This document shows, piece after piece, positions 1-9,106 of a stretch of 64,000 bases of DNA; the stretch's first letter is position 1; every line of letters starts with the position of its first letter. This DNA is from a virus: IMG/VR virus record IMGVR_UViG_3300003773_000042, one strand, 5' to 3'. The notes beneath the pieces are model-generated. The model saw only the letters and a list, made by a program, of their open reading frames with translations, searched no databases and had not been told where the DNA came from. Position numbers and translations under genes: made by a program.

Positions 1-201
1 TGTTCGTGTTCATCTGGGTTACCTGTTTTTCAGTCTTGCTGTGCTCGACACCATTATCGAGTTGTTGGTGTTACTTTATCACGAATAGCATGTTTCGTCA
101 AGGCAAGTTTGCTAAAAGTGTCTGTTTTTAGTGAGAAAAAACCCACAACGAGGAGTGTGATAAGGAGGTGCGCAGGGGAGGATAGCGTTATCGATGGAAA
201 G

Positions 202-239
202 CGGCCCCGCTTCGCGATTTCCTCGCGTGGCGGCGACCT
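202..239 (+). repeat. Conserved hairpin element, copy 1 (copy 2 at 4082-4118)
   Basis: CGGCCCCGCTTCGCGATTTCCTCGCGTGGCGGCGACCT; CCGC/GCGG and CGCGA/TCGCG stems; weaker similarity to copy 2 extends about 35 bp upstream. Confidence 0.75.
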
Positions 240-278
240 CAATTTGCCCTCCCTGCGTCACGCTCCGGCCGGAGCGAA

Positions 279-307
279 TTGACAAAATGCGTATTGTGCG
301 GTATATT
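279..307 (+). promoter_or_regulatory. Sigma70-type promoter of the rep operon
   Basis: TTGACA (279-284), 17 bp, TATATT (302-307); palindrome CGCTCCGGCCGGAGCG just upstream (261-276). Confidence 0.7.
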
Positions 308-338
308 ACGAGGACATTTCCTGACACATCCTCGAACA

Positions 339-1283
339 ATGTCTTCCCTCAAGCTGCCCGACAGCGTACACCTCAAGCCCCTGATGGGCAAGCAGCCCGA
401 GCCTTTGGACTTCGTGCTGCCGGGTTTCGTGCGCGGTACGGTCGGCGGGCTGGTGAGCCCGGGCGGTACCGGCAAGTCGTTCTGGTCCCTTAACGCAGCG
501 GTGGCCATTGGTGCTGGCGCTGGTGTGAAGGGTGACCTGCTCGGTATGCGTCCGAAGGAGGGCCGCGTGCTGATGCTGTCGAAAGAAGACCCGCTCGAAG
601 TGTTCCATCAGCGGCTGCACGCGATGGGAAAGCTGCTGCCGAAATCCACCTCCTTCGCCAACCTCGACTACCGCAGCTGTGTGGGAGTGAACATCGATGT
701 GATGGATACCGAATGGTATGCGCAGATTCGCGATGCCGCGAAAGGTGCACGCCTGGTCATACTCGATACGCTGACCCGATTCCATAAGTTAGACGAGAAT
801 TCAGCGCAGGACATGGGACAGTTGCTTGCGCAACTGGAACGCCTGGCGGCCGACTCGAAGGCTGCCGTGCTCTTCCTGCACCACACCAGCAAGGCGGCTA
901 CCGTGAATGGCCAGGCGACACTCCAGCAAGCAGCCCGCGGTTCATCCGTACTGGTCGACAACGCCAGGTGGTGTGCATTCCTTGCCGTAATGACCGAGGC
1001 GGAAGCACGCATTTTCGGCGTCACGCCGGCAGAACGCGTGAACTATGTTCGCTGGAATATCAGCAAGCAAAACTACGGCGCCGCGATTCCCGACGTCTGG
1101 TATCGCCGAGACGAAGGTGGCGTGCTGGTGCCAATCCATTTCACGCAGAAGAAGCTTCCTGCTCCAGTAACCGCTGCCCCTTGCGAACCTGAAACCACTG
1201 TCGTGAGCGAGCCGAAAGCTAGCCCGCAGTCCGAAACACCCCCTCTGCCGAGTGCCACTGGCGCCTATGGAGGGAACTGGTAA
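339..1283 (+). CDS. repA: RepA-like replicative helicase (AAA_25 / RSF1010 RepA family)
   Basis: Walker A SPGGTGKS, Walker B LVILDTL, HHTSK and RGSSVLVDNAR motifs; start moved from the ORF-track TTG279 (this is the -35 box) to ATG339. Confidence 0.85.
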   Translation: MSSLKLPDSVHLKPLMGKQPEPLDFVLPGFVRGTVGGLVSPGGTGKSFWSLNAAVAIGAGAGVKGDLLGMRPKEGRVLMLSKEDPLEVFHQRLHAMGKLLPKSTSFANLDYRSCVGVNIDVMDTEWYAQIRDAAKGARLVILDTLTRFHKLDENSAQDMGQLLAQLERLAADSKAAVLFLHHTSKAATVNGQATLQQAARGSSVLVDNARWCAFLAVMTEAEARIFGVTPAERVNYVRWNISKQNYGAAIPDVWYRRDEGGVLVPIHFTQKKLPAPVTAAPCEPETTVVSEPKASPQSETPPLPSATGAYGGNW

Positions 1284-2077
1284 TGCAATCTATGACCTCA
1301 GCTTCTGTTATTCCATTCGGCTCCAATCCTGTTGCCGAAGTGCTCAAACACGTCCCAACCTCTACGGCGCATCAAGCTCGCCTGCAGCTGTATCAGCCAA
1401 CTCGCCGGCCGCAATGGATGGAGCGTATTATCGCCACGCCGTGGGGGACGGCGACTGTGCGTGGCAAGATTGGACAAGTGCATGCAGACATCATCGAGGC
1501 AATCTGCCGGCATGCGGAAGACCACCGCATCATCGCTCCGACTGGTCACATGCAGATTCTGGTCGACCCGTACCGGGTCAGGGTGAGCGTAGGCGGCGGC
1601 ACCGCCTACTCGAAAGACACACTCTGGCGCATGCTGACCGAGTTGCGCGAAGTGTCCATCACGCTTGAGGTCCCAAGTCAGGGCATCAAAGTCCTGGGCG
1701 GTATCCTGGACCGCGTGGAAGAATCCCCTGCGACCCGCATCAATCACCTCACGAAAAAGCCGCGCCAGCTGTGGCGCGTAACGCTGGACCCAGCCTTCGC
1801 CGCAATGCTACGCGAAGACTTGCAACTCTACTACGACCCGGCGCCGCTGGCAAAAATCGAGACTGGCGTCGCCCAGGCGATTGCCCGTCACATTCTCACA
1901 CACCGAGACCAACCCTCCGGCGGCTGGCTTATCGACACCCTCATCAAGGCTGTTGGCGCCGACGGAGACAGCGTGGCGATGCGCCATCGTCGCCGAGAAA
2001 TTCGCAATTGCGCCGAGAGCCTGAAAACCGTTGGGCTCATCGTCGAGGACGACCGCGTGTATCGCGAAGCGGCCTAA
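1283..2077 (+). CDS. Putative plasmid replication initiator (RepC/TrfA-like)
   Basis: TAATG overlap with repA; repA-repC-like order; iterons 1.7 kb downstream; family assigned mainly from context. Confidence 0.55.
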   Translation: MQSMTSASVIPFGSNPVAEVLKHVPTSTAHQARLQLYQPTRRPQWMERIIATPWGTATVRGKIGQVHADIIEAICRHAEDHRIIAPTGHMQILVDPYRVRVSVGGGTAYSKDTLWRMLTELREVSITLEVPSQGIKVLGGILDRVEESPATRINHLTKKPRQLWRVTLDPAFAAMLREDLQLYYDPAPLAKIETGVAQAIARHILTHRDQPSGGWLIDTLIKAVGADGDSVAMRHRRREIRNCAESLKTVGLIVEDDRVYREAA

Positions 2078-2127
2078 CCGTCGCACCTATACGCCAGTAG
2101 GCCTCAACCATTTCAAGGACAAAATCG

Positions 2128-2310
2128 ATGAATTGCCATAACAACACTACCGCAGCCTTTAAGCCTGCCCCACAAGATGCCGGCGTACTGGTTCGGCCGC
2201 TTAATGCGAAAGATGCGAAACGCCTGCAAGCCCACCTGAGCAAGTTGTCCCCGTCGGCACGAGCTCAATGCCTCGTGTCCTTCGTTCCGTCTTTCGTCCC
2301 CCGACGTTAA
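2128..2310 (+). CDS. Small hypothetical protein
   Basis: CTATAC at 2087, AAGGA RBS, terminator-like hairpin at 2331-2352. Confidence 0.5.
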   Translation: MNCHNNTTAAFKPAPQDAGVLVRPLNAKDAKRLQAHLSKLSPSARAQCLVSFVPSFVPRR

Positions 2311-2428
2311 GCCGCAAACTCACTCCCATAAGCCGACTGATGTCGGCTTATTTCATTCCAGCGAACAAACCGTTTTTACGGCTATACCGAATACAGCCAT
2401 TCGGTTGCATACCTTTTGAGGAAACACT

Positions 2429-2803
2429 ATGAGCAAATCCTTTAGTTTCAAACTGAACTGTGGGCAGTATGTGCTCCACGCGGACAACACGCCGGTTTCC
2501 CGGGTGTTGGATGAAGTGGCCATCTGCCTGGACAAAGCAAGCGGCACGCGCCACAAATTCGGAGACCCTGAGGTTGTGCGCGCCTGGCACGCAAAGACTC
2601 AGGCATCCTTCCGGGAAGTCAATCAACACGAAATGGCAGACGACCTTGTCGTCATTCAGGGCCGCTTCACGTTGGAAGACCTGAACAAGGTCATCGATAT
2701 CTCGGACTACGCCTACCGCTTGTACGAAAAGGTTATGGCAGGCACGGCAGCGATGCTGGACCTGGACGGAAACATCGTTCGCCCTGCGCTGCCTGCAGCG
2801 TAA
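2429..2803 (+). CDS. Hypothetical protein
   Basis: CTATACCG at 2382, GAGGA RBS, downstream hairpin with T-run; ends in PAA. Confidence 0.75.
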   Translation: MSKSFSFKLNCGQYVLHADNTPVSRVLDEVAICLDKASGTRHKFGDPEVVRAWHAKTQASFREVNQHEMADDLVVIQGRFTLEDLNKVIDISDYAYRLYEKVMAGTAAMLDLDGNIVRPALPAA

Positions 2804-3292
2804 CGTCTCCCTCACCGGCCACCTGGCCGGTTTTTTCATCTACGCGAGATACCTGGCCGGCGGCCGTCACCGCTCGAGTCAAGTTCGCTGGATGCTCACA
2901 AGTCGAATATCGTCGAAGTGGGTCACACCATCTTGGTCGACGATGCGACCCACTTCGATTTCATCCCGCACGCCGAAGGCAATGGCTTGACCGGGACGCC
3001 GAGCCCCGAGCTGGTCAGCCTACTCGCATGTCGAGCTGCGCTGGCGCTGGACGTGCGGTATAGCCGGCTCGATGGCGGCCTGCAGCGACATTTCATGCAC
3101 CCGAGCACGGCGTAGTCCTGGCTGGCGTTGCGCGTTGATGTTCCGGTTAGGCCGGCACCTCTCTGGCTCAGGGGTCGCTTTATGAGTTGCTCCCTAGGGA
3201 GTACACAGGTCAAGCCTCCTCCGGCCTTCCTGCGCGCAGGGTGGTGCAGGTGCTATACATGCGAGTAGGCCTATAATTCAACTCAAGGAAAT

Positions 3293-3733
3293 ATGTCCAT
3301 GACCAAAGCTGCCATTTACTTCACCAAGCCGTGCTTGCAGTGGAGTGTTCACATCGAAACCCAACTCTGCCATCCTGTAAAGTTTTACGATGGTGACGAG
3401 CCTGTCGAGCTTCACCCCACCCTTGAAACAGTTCCACTGTTGAACAAGTTTGTGGCGGGCCTCGCCGACAACACTTGCTGGGTAACCCGGGAATGGCAAG
3501 TTGATGAACCCCTGAAAAGCGGTTTTCAACCGGATGGCATCACCCAGGTCACGCTCTATCACGCAAAGCACGCCCGCCGCACGCCGGCGGAGTGGTTCCG
3601 CGTTGTCTTCGACGAAAGTCAGGACCTGTGCCTGGAAGTCGCTGTGCTCGACGAAGGGCTCGCCATCGAGCTCTTTGAAGCGTTCTGCAGTGGCCACCTC
3701 AAGATGAAGTACGCCGACCCTGTATCGGCATAA
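3293..3733 (+). CDS. Hypothetical protein
   Basis: CTATAC at 3253, AAGGA RBS, terminator at 3745-3770. Confidence 0.75.
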   Translation: MSMTKAAIYFTKPCLQWSVHIETQLCHPVKFYDGDEPVELHPTLETVPLLNKFVAGLADNTCWVTREWQVDEPLKSGFQPDGITQVTLYHAKHARRTPAEWFRVVFDESQDLCLEVAVLDEGLAIELFEAFCSGHLKMKYADPVSA

Positions 3734-3794
3734 CCACCCCCCTCAAGCCGACATCGATGTCGGCTTTTTCCATGCGTGCAGGCAAATGACGGCC

Positions 3795-3938
3795 GTGCAG
3801 CAAAAGCCAGAGTAAAAGCTGGGTGTGCAGCAAAAGCCAGAGAAGCCCGGTATCGAGGCGTGCAGCATAAGCCAGACCCCGTGCAGTAAAAGCCAGAGGG
3901 CGTGCAGCAAAAGCCAGGTCTCGTGCAGCATAAGCCAG
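3795..3938 (+). repeat. Iteron array (oriV candidate)
   Basis: Six copies of GTGCAG(C/T)A(A/T)AAGCCAG at 3795, 3825, 3860, 3881, 3902, 3923; the last four have an exact 21-bp period. Confidence 0.85.
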
Positions 3939-3950
3939 ACCCCTTTAGTA

Positions 3951-3978
3951 TTCTTAGGACTCTCAGAGTCCTTAAGAA
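3951..3978. repeat. AT-richer near-perfect palindrome next to the iterons
   Basis: TTCTTAGGACTCT-C-AGAGTCCTTAAGAA, one-base bulge. Confidence 0.65.
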
Positions 3979-4081
3979 TCCTCTATCTCGCTCGCCTGGT
4001 CTTGGCCCGGTCGGAGTCGAGTACGGACGGGGGAGTGGGATAGGGCAGGTGCATAGGGTAGTGTTGTCTTTCGATTAAAAC

Positions 4082-4118
4082 CGGCCCGCTTCGCGAATCC
4101 CCCGCGTGGCGGCGACCT
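4082..4118 (+). repeat. Conserved hairpin element, copy 2
   Basis: CGGCCCGCTTCGCGAATCCCCCGCGTGGCGGCGACCT; stems conserved with 202-239, loop differs. Confidence 0.75.
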
Positions 4119-5128
4119 GGAGTGGGATGGCAACCGGACTAATCCGGATGTTCGGCGTACACGGCCCCGCGACAACCGTCGCCGGCCTGCTTGCTCAGAA
4201 ACGTCCCGGATTACTCCCCACCCGCCAGCCAGCCCTCCCACAAAGCGGCACGCCCGCCAACAACCGCTGCGCCATCTGCAGCCCCACGCACCACGGCTTC
4301 GGCCTATGCATACCCGTCCGCCAGCCAAGCGCCCGGCCCTTCGCCTGTGGTCGGCACCCTGGTTGCGATTCGCCTCACCTCAAGGCATCCGACAAGCACA
4401 CTACCATCACGCTCATATCCTCGAACGCGCATCCATTCTTTTTGATGATTGGATGCATGTTCGCAAGTCACCTTTGGGATGCCTTGTCTGAGCTGCGGCA
4501 GTCACATTGGGGATATGCTTGCTTACGTACTCATAAGGGTGGCTGCTGAATGGGCTGTATGGGGCTAGACAGGCAGGGGAATACGCTGACGCTATGGGTC
4601 AAATACAGGATTGCTTGATGTCGCTTCGCTTGCGAGCCTTAAAGTGGGATTAGTTTGAAGTCCTGGACGTATGGTGGGAGTGGGAGAAGCATTGTTATCT
4701 GAAAGGGAGCTCTTCGCTCTCTTGGGATTTAGACTGGGTCAGGTCACCGGCTGAGCAGAAGCACAGCCGCGGGCTCCGGTAGGCAAGTTTTTTATCAAAG
4801 AGGGAAGGGCGGAGGTGTATCAAGCTCCGATGTTGAAATTCCGCTGACGCGGGAGTGGGACAGGGTGGGTCTGCGACCGTGCAGACGCACGGCCTGGTGC
4901 GGCTCCCTAGAGTAGATGCGAATATTGAAATCGTTCTGCAAGCAGGCGTCTTTGAGTGGGATATTGAGTCATCCCAGTAAGGCGTATGGAATGGCTTGTA
5001 TGAGCTATGTGCGGAAGGGAAGGGATAAGGTTTGAGTCTTTTGAGGTGGACGGATAGGGGCTGAGGGCCGAATCACGGGTGCCGAGGCTATCGCCATCAG
5101 GGGCTTGGAGCGCCTGCGTAGGTGAATA

Positions 5129-5175
5129 CTGTATATGCGTACAGTTGTGCGTAGACATACTGTATGCCCATACAG
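5129..5175. promoter_or_regulatory. Two tandem LexA (SOS)-type boxes
   Basis: CTGTATATGCGTACAG (5129-5144) and CTGTATGCCCATACAG (5160-5175), both perfect CTGT-N8-ACAG with TA on the 5' flank. Confidence 0.7.
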
Positions 5176-5560
5176 TAGTGTGCGTGATTTCCGCTACCAG
5201 GCGGCTGGCCGGAATGTGCGCGCGGGAGGATATCGCCGCTTCCAAGCGACAGGGAGGCGCTGCTCTTCGAGGTTGGTGCGCATCTCCTGGTCGGGAGCAC
5301 CAGGCGCGGGCTTGCCGGGAAAGGTCGAGCCGGTTTGGCGTGCGGGTTGGAAGGGTGGGGGTGGTGACTCAGGTGCCGCAGGCACCGCACGCCGGTGGAT
5401 GACTCGGCGGTCTGGGATGACTTCAGTATCCGACTGGAGCCGGTGACTGATGCCTCATAGGCAATCATGCGGTGGCTTGAGGCCACCGTCATGCCCGCTG
5501 GGATGACGCGTTCGGGGACATTAAGCTGGGATATTATGGGTTTTTGGCTGACGGCGATGT

Positions 5561-5736
5561 CGTGTCCGAGTCGGACACGCGCCCTGAGGTTGCTGGTCGC
5601 CAGCTGGAGTTTGGCCACGCGCTGGCCGACACCGCCGGGAGGCACTGTACCGTGTCCGAGTCGGACACGCTCTTCTTGGCTCCCGCGCGCCAGGTGCCCA
5701 ATGGTTGGCGGCCTGGCCGTGTCCGACTCGGACACG
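5561..5736. repeat. Three 19-bp palindromes, parS-like centromere candidate
   Basis: CGTGTCCGA(G/C)TCGGACACG at 5561-5579, 5651-5669, 5718-5736, within 1.8 kb of the iterons. Confidence 0.7.
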
Positions 5737-5799
5737 CAATGCGAGCAGGCAAAAAAATGGCCGCTCATCTGAGCGGCCGGCGAAGATGTCGACCTGGTC

Positions 5800-6108
5800 T
5801 TAGGCCAGGCCCAGGTCCGCCCGGGTGAAATCGCCTTCGCGCACTTCCAGGTCGAACAGCCCGAATAGGTGTTTCGCGGCCGCGTCGATGACGGCTTTGT
5901 CTTTCGTCCAGAATTCGACCATCACCCAGTTGTTGCTATTCCCCTGCAGATAAGGCCTCGCTGTTTTGACTGCAGCGTCGGAGAAGGCGCAGCGGATGCG
6001 CCAAACATCGTCTTGGGTTACGTCGTGGGCTTGGAACGACCAGTTCTTGTCCAGGTGCGGCGGTACCAGGCGAGCAATCACGGGGTGCTTTCTCGAGTCT
6101 TTCATCAT
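5800..6108 (-). CDS. Hypothetical protein
   Basis: 102-aa ORF with AGGA RBS and typical codon usage. Confidence 0.7.
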   Translation of the reverse strand: MMKDSRKHPVIARLVPPHLDKNWSFQAHDVTQDDVWRIRCAFSDAAVKTARPYLQGNSNNWVMVEFWTKDKAVIDAAAKHLFGLFDLEVREGDFTRADLGLA

Positions 6109-6263
6109 TTTCCTTGTTCTCCAGGTGTTGAACGGTGTCGACCAGGTGCGGCAATATGGTCACGGCACGAACATGTCGGCCGAATGTGTGCACAAATTGC
6201 GGTTTCTTGAACACGTTTGCCGGACGCCGAGTACAACATGTAAGTCAAATTGGTATAACATCC

Positions 6264-6292
6264 TTGCCATATACACGCATTGGGTGTATAAT
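6264..6292 (+). promoter_or_regulatory. Sigma70 promoter with an overlapping palindromic operator
   Basis: TTGCCA, 17 bp, TATAAT; TATACAC-N7-GTGTATA inverted repeat at 6270-6290. Confidence 0.7.
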
Positions 6293-6347
6293 AGCATCTA
6301 ATGTGAAATATGCCAAGAAACTTTCAGCGCAAAATAAGGAGCAGCTC

Positions 6348-7286
6348 GTGGCGAATGAACAAGGTATCGTAGGTGCGCAGCATGCTGCAGCTGGCGCTGC
6401 TAAGCAAGTCATCCCAGGTGTAGTGCTGGCGCCGGCAGTAGCGCATAGCTACACTCACGCGACCCTGCACGCGACCGAGCTGACCTACCAGGACCACATG
6501 CTCCAGCTCATCACCAACCACTTTGCCATGGCGGGCCTGAGCCAGGCTGCTTCGACGCACGCCGCCGTCGGCCTGTACGAGCACTTGTCCTCGTTCCATG
6601 CTGAACTGGAGCCTGTGCCCGTCACGGACGAGAAGGCGACGGCCAAGGCGACCTACGAAAAAATTTACACCGGTGGCGGTGCCGGCTTCCCAGGTTTCTT
6701 CCGCGGCTGGGCTGCGCGCGCTGAAGTCGCCGTGGTCGAGGCCGCGAAGCGCATCGCTGAACTCATCAAGGCCCGCGCAGTAAACGCAACCATGATGCTG
6801 GCTCTGAAAGCCGTCAAAGACGAGGGTCACAAGAAAGCAGGGGGCGGTTTCTGGATTATCCCGAACGAGACTCTGTCGAAAGTGGAAGCTGCTATCGCCG
6901 CCGACCAGGCTGTCGAGGTGCCGACCGAAGTTCAGGCGGCGTCCGTCGATATTTCGGCCAGCTTTAAGGCGTTCGAGCAGTGGGCCAGCGCAAAGTATCC
7001 GTCTCGCGCGGAAGTCATGCATGTGCTGAATAGCTACGCCTGGGATGTGTGGCAGGACCTGACCGCGCGCATGGGCGCTGGCAAGGTGGACACCGAGCTG
7101 CTGGACTGGCTGGACAATAACCTGTTCCATCGCCAAATGGATGAATTCGACGGCCAGCTCTACGGCAAGGACTTCAGCATGTGGGTGTTTTTTGCCCCGA
7201 AGCGCACCGGTGGCGGTACCGCGCGCGAACGCATCGGAGAGGCAAAAACGGCCGCTGAGGTTGATGCCAACCGGTCGAAAATCTGA
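6348..7286 (+). CDS. Hypothetical protein (312 aa)
   Basis: GTG start after TAAGGAG, downstream of the 6264 promoter; no family recognised. Confidence 0.75.
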   Translation: MANEQGIVGAQHAAAGAAKQVIPGVVLAPAVAHSYTHATLHATELTYQDHMLQLITNHFAMAGLSQAASTHAAVGLYEHLSSFHAELEPVPVTDEKATAKATYEKIYTGGGAGFPGFFRGWAARAEVAVVEAAKRIAELIKARAVNATMMLALKAVKDEGHKKAGGGFWIIPNETLSKVEAAIAADQAVEVPTEVQAASVDISASFKAFEQWASAKYPSRAEVMHVLNSYAWDVWQDLTARMGAGKVDTELLDWLDNNLFHRQMDEFDGQLYGKDFSMWVFFAPKRTGGGTARERIGEAKTAAEVDANRSKI

Positions 7287-7360
7287 TTGCAAGAAAAGTA
7301 ATTGAAGTTGCGTTAGAGATATAATCTGAATATCGGCCTGACGGGCCTTAGGAGTTAGTT

Positions 7361-7744
7361 ATGAAAGAGGCAATTAATCCAAACAACGTGCGCAAGCTTC
7401 AGCATGAGGCTGAGGATTTCGTCAATCTGAACATCCACAGGCTGTGCACTGAGATGGTGGCTTTCGACACTTCGGGTCTGTTCGGGACAGGTGCGTTACA
7501 TAAACTGCGCATGATGTGCAGCTTTGCTGGAGCGTCTGCGCAATCGCTTGCCATTGGCATGGTCGAGACTGCGGCGATGCGTGCTGTGGCGGCGCCCGTG
7601 ACCGAAGAAGAACTTGTCGAGGCGATGGAGAAATGGGAGGGCACGCCGATTCAGGTCGATGACCAGCTTATTGCCTTCATGAACCACTTTCTGCGCGGCC
7701 GCGTTGTTTCCGTGCCGCCGGCTAAAAAACCTGTATCCAACTGA
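7361..7744 (+). CDS. Hypothetical protein
   Basis: AGGAG RBS, operon position. Confidence 0.7.
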   Translation: MKEAINPNNVRKLQHEAEDFVNLNIHRLCTEMVAFDTSGLFGTGALHKLRMMCSFAGASAQSLAIGMVETAAMRAVAAPVTEEELVEAMEKWEGTPIQVDDQLIAFMNHFLRGRVVSVPPAKKPVSN

Positions 7745-7757
7745 ATCTGGAGGAAAT

Positions 7758-8627
7758 ATGAAACGTTCGATGTTTGGCCTGGTGCTGAGCCTGGCAATGT
7801 GTGGCGCGATGGCGCAAGAAGTCGCAGTAGAAACTCCGAAAACCGACCTGGTGCCCGCTGGCCAGATGCAGCTGCCCGACGGTGTGACCACCGAGCAGAA
7901 TCCACTGAAGCAGGCCTTCCTGGTGAAATCCGCCGCGAAGCCGGCGCAGTTCCGCGCAAGCGAGAACATGCCTGAAGTCGTCAACGAGGACCTGCTGCGC
8001 GGCATGTCCGAAAGTGGCAAGACCCCGGGCAAGGTGTCGACCTTCATCGGCTACATGCCGAAACTGAAAGTGCTGCCGTGTGCCAAGGGCTGCGAAGGTA
8101 AAGACTACGAGCGTGCGGTTGCCGAGTTCATCAAGGGCTACCGCGGCGACGGCAAGTATTTCAAAGAACGTGGCGAGATGGTTGTCCAGGTTCGCTGGTA
8201 CAACACCCGTTCGTTCCTGATGCGCCAGGTGCCGTACAGCGCCGACCTGTTCGGCGTGTCGTTCATGCTGGAAGGGAAGCTGGTCTCCCTGGGCAAGAAA
8301 TCGGGTGTGGGCATCTCCGTCAGTTCGTATGAGCTGGCGAGCGACATCGGTGCGCGCCTGGCCATGGAACTGGCGTACACCCTGGGCATGGGCGCCAAGC
8401 CTACATTCCTGACCCCGATGGATGACAATGCCGCCGCAGGTATGGGTTCGGCCGTTATGGCTGCCGGCGCCAAGGTAGATGGTGTGCTGGGCGTGGAAGA
8501 CATTCGCTCCCGTATCGAGCCTGCTACCGAGGCCAATGCGAACCTTCTGCCGGCCATCGACGGCATCAAGCCTGGCGAAATCGCGCCAATCGACAAGATG
8601 CGCTACCTGAACTCGCTGATTTTCTAA
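7758..8627 (+). CDS. Exported hypothetical protein
   Basis: GGAGG RBS; signal peptide MKRSMFGLVLSLAMCGAMA. Confidence 0.75.
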   Translation: MKRSMFGLVLSLAMCGAMAQEVAVETPKTDLVPAGQMQLPDGVTTEQNPLKQAFLVKSAAKPAQFRASENMPEVVNEDLLRGMSESGKTPGKVSTFIGYMPKLKVLPCAKGCEGKDYERAVAEFIKGYRGDGKYFKERGEMVVQVRWYNTRSFLMRQVPYSADLFGVSFMLEGKLVSLGKKSGVGISVSSYELASDIGARLAMELAYTLGMGAKPTFLTPMDDNAAAGMGSAVMAAGAKVDGVLGVEDIRSRIEPATEANANLLPAIDGIKPGEIAPIDKMRYLNSLIF

Positions 8628-8639
8628 GGCGAGGGGTTG

Positions 8640-9089
8640 ATGCCTGAGTTCATCAATTATTCGACAGCAGCGCGCGTGGTGCTGCCGGCCGGCCAGGTGC
8701 CCGCGTATGCGTACAGTCTGCCCGAGCTTCAGAAGGATGCCGAAGAGCTGCACGGTATATCCCCAGAATGCACACTGGCCGCTGCGTGCGCCTTGTATGA
8801 CCGCGGTTTGCTCAGCTATCCGCGTGTGATGGGCCGCTACCTGGACATCAAGGATTTCGATGAGGCTTCGCGCATTGTGCGCGATTACCAGATGGCCACC
8901 CGTAGTCGTAGATACGACCCAACCTACCAGGGGCCGTGCTGGCAGGAGATTGAATCCATCGCGGAGAAGGGCATCGGTTTGACCTCGGTGGCAGCTGGCG
9001 CCATGTTCGGCGTCGGTATGACCAATGAAGAAGCTGTCATTTACCGCCTGGTGCATGCCCGCTTTTTGCGCTTGTTCAGGCGAGATTGA
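8640..9089 (+). CDS. Standalone type IA topoisomerase-like fragment (catalytic-Tyr region)
   Basis: YSLPELQKDAEELHGISPECTLAAACALYDRGLLSYPR resembles the Topo I/III motif L..LQ..A....G.S...T...AQ.LYE...ITYPR; only about 150 aa. Confidence 0.55.
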   Translation: MPEFINYSTAARVVLPAGQVPAYAYSLPELQKDAEELHGISPECTLAAACALYDRGLLSYPRVMGRYLDIKDFDEASRIVRDYQMATRSRRYDPTYQGPCWQEIESIAEKGIGLTSVAAGAMFGVGMTNEEAVIYRLVHARFLRLFRRD

Positions 9090-9106
9090 GGTGCCGTGAG
9101 CTATAC

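Noticed and set aside
2918-3115. Small ORF or pseudogene remnant
   Set aside because: Weak GTG start without RBS or CTATAC; cannot be assigned.
3795-3938. Possible CRISPR or coding repeat (ORFs 3743-3931 and 3825-4043)
   Set aside because: 16-bp units at a 21-bp period with about 5-bp gaps next to rep genes are typical iterons; the ORFs are translation artefacts.
5561-5736. Possible CRISPR array
   Set aside because: Only three repeats, perfectly palindromic, spacers of 71 and 48 bp, and no cas genes; this fits parS or operator sites better.
4106-5772. ORFs within the origin region
   Set aside because: Low-complexity, mutually overlapping frames with no RBS, crossing the LexA-like and parS-like sites.
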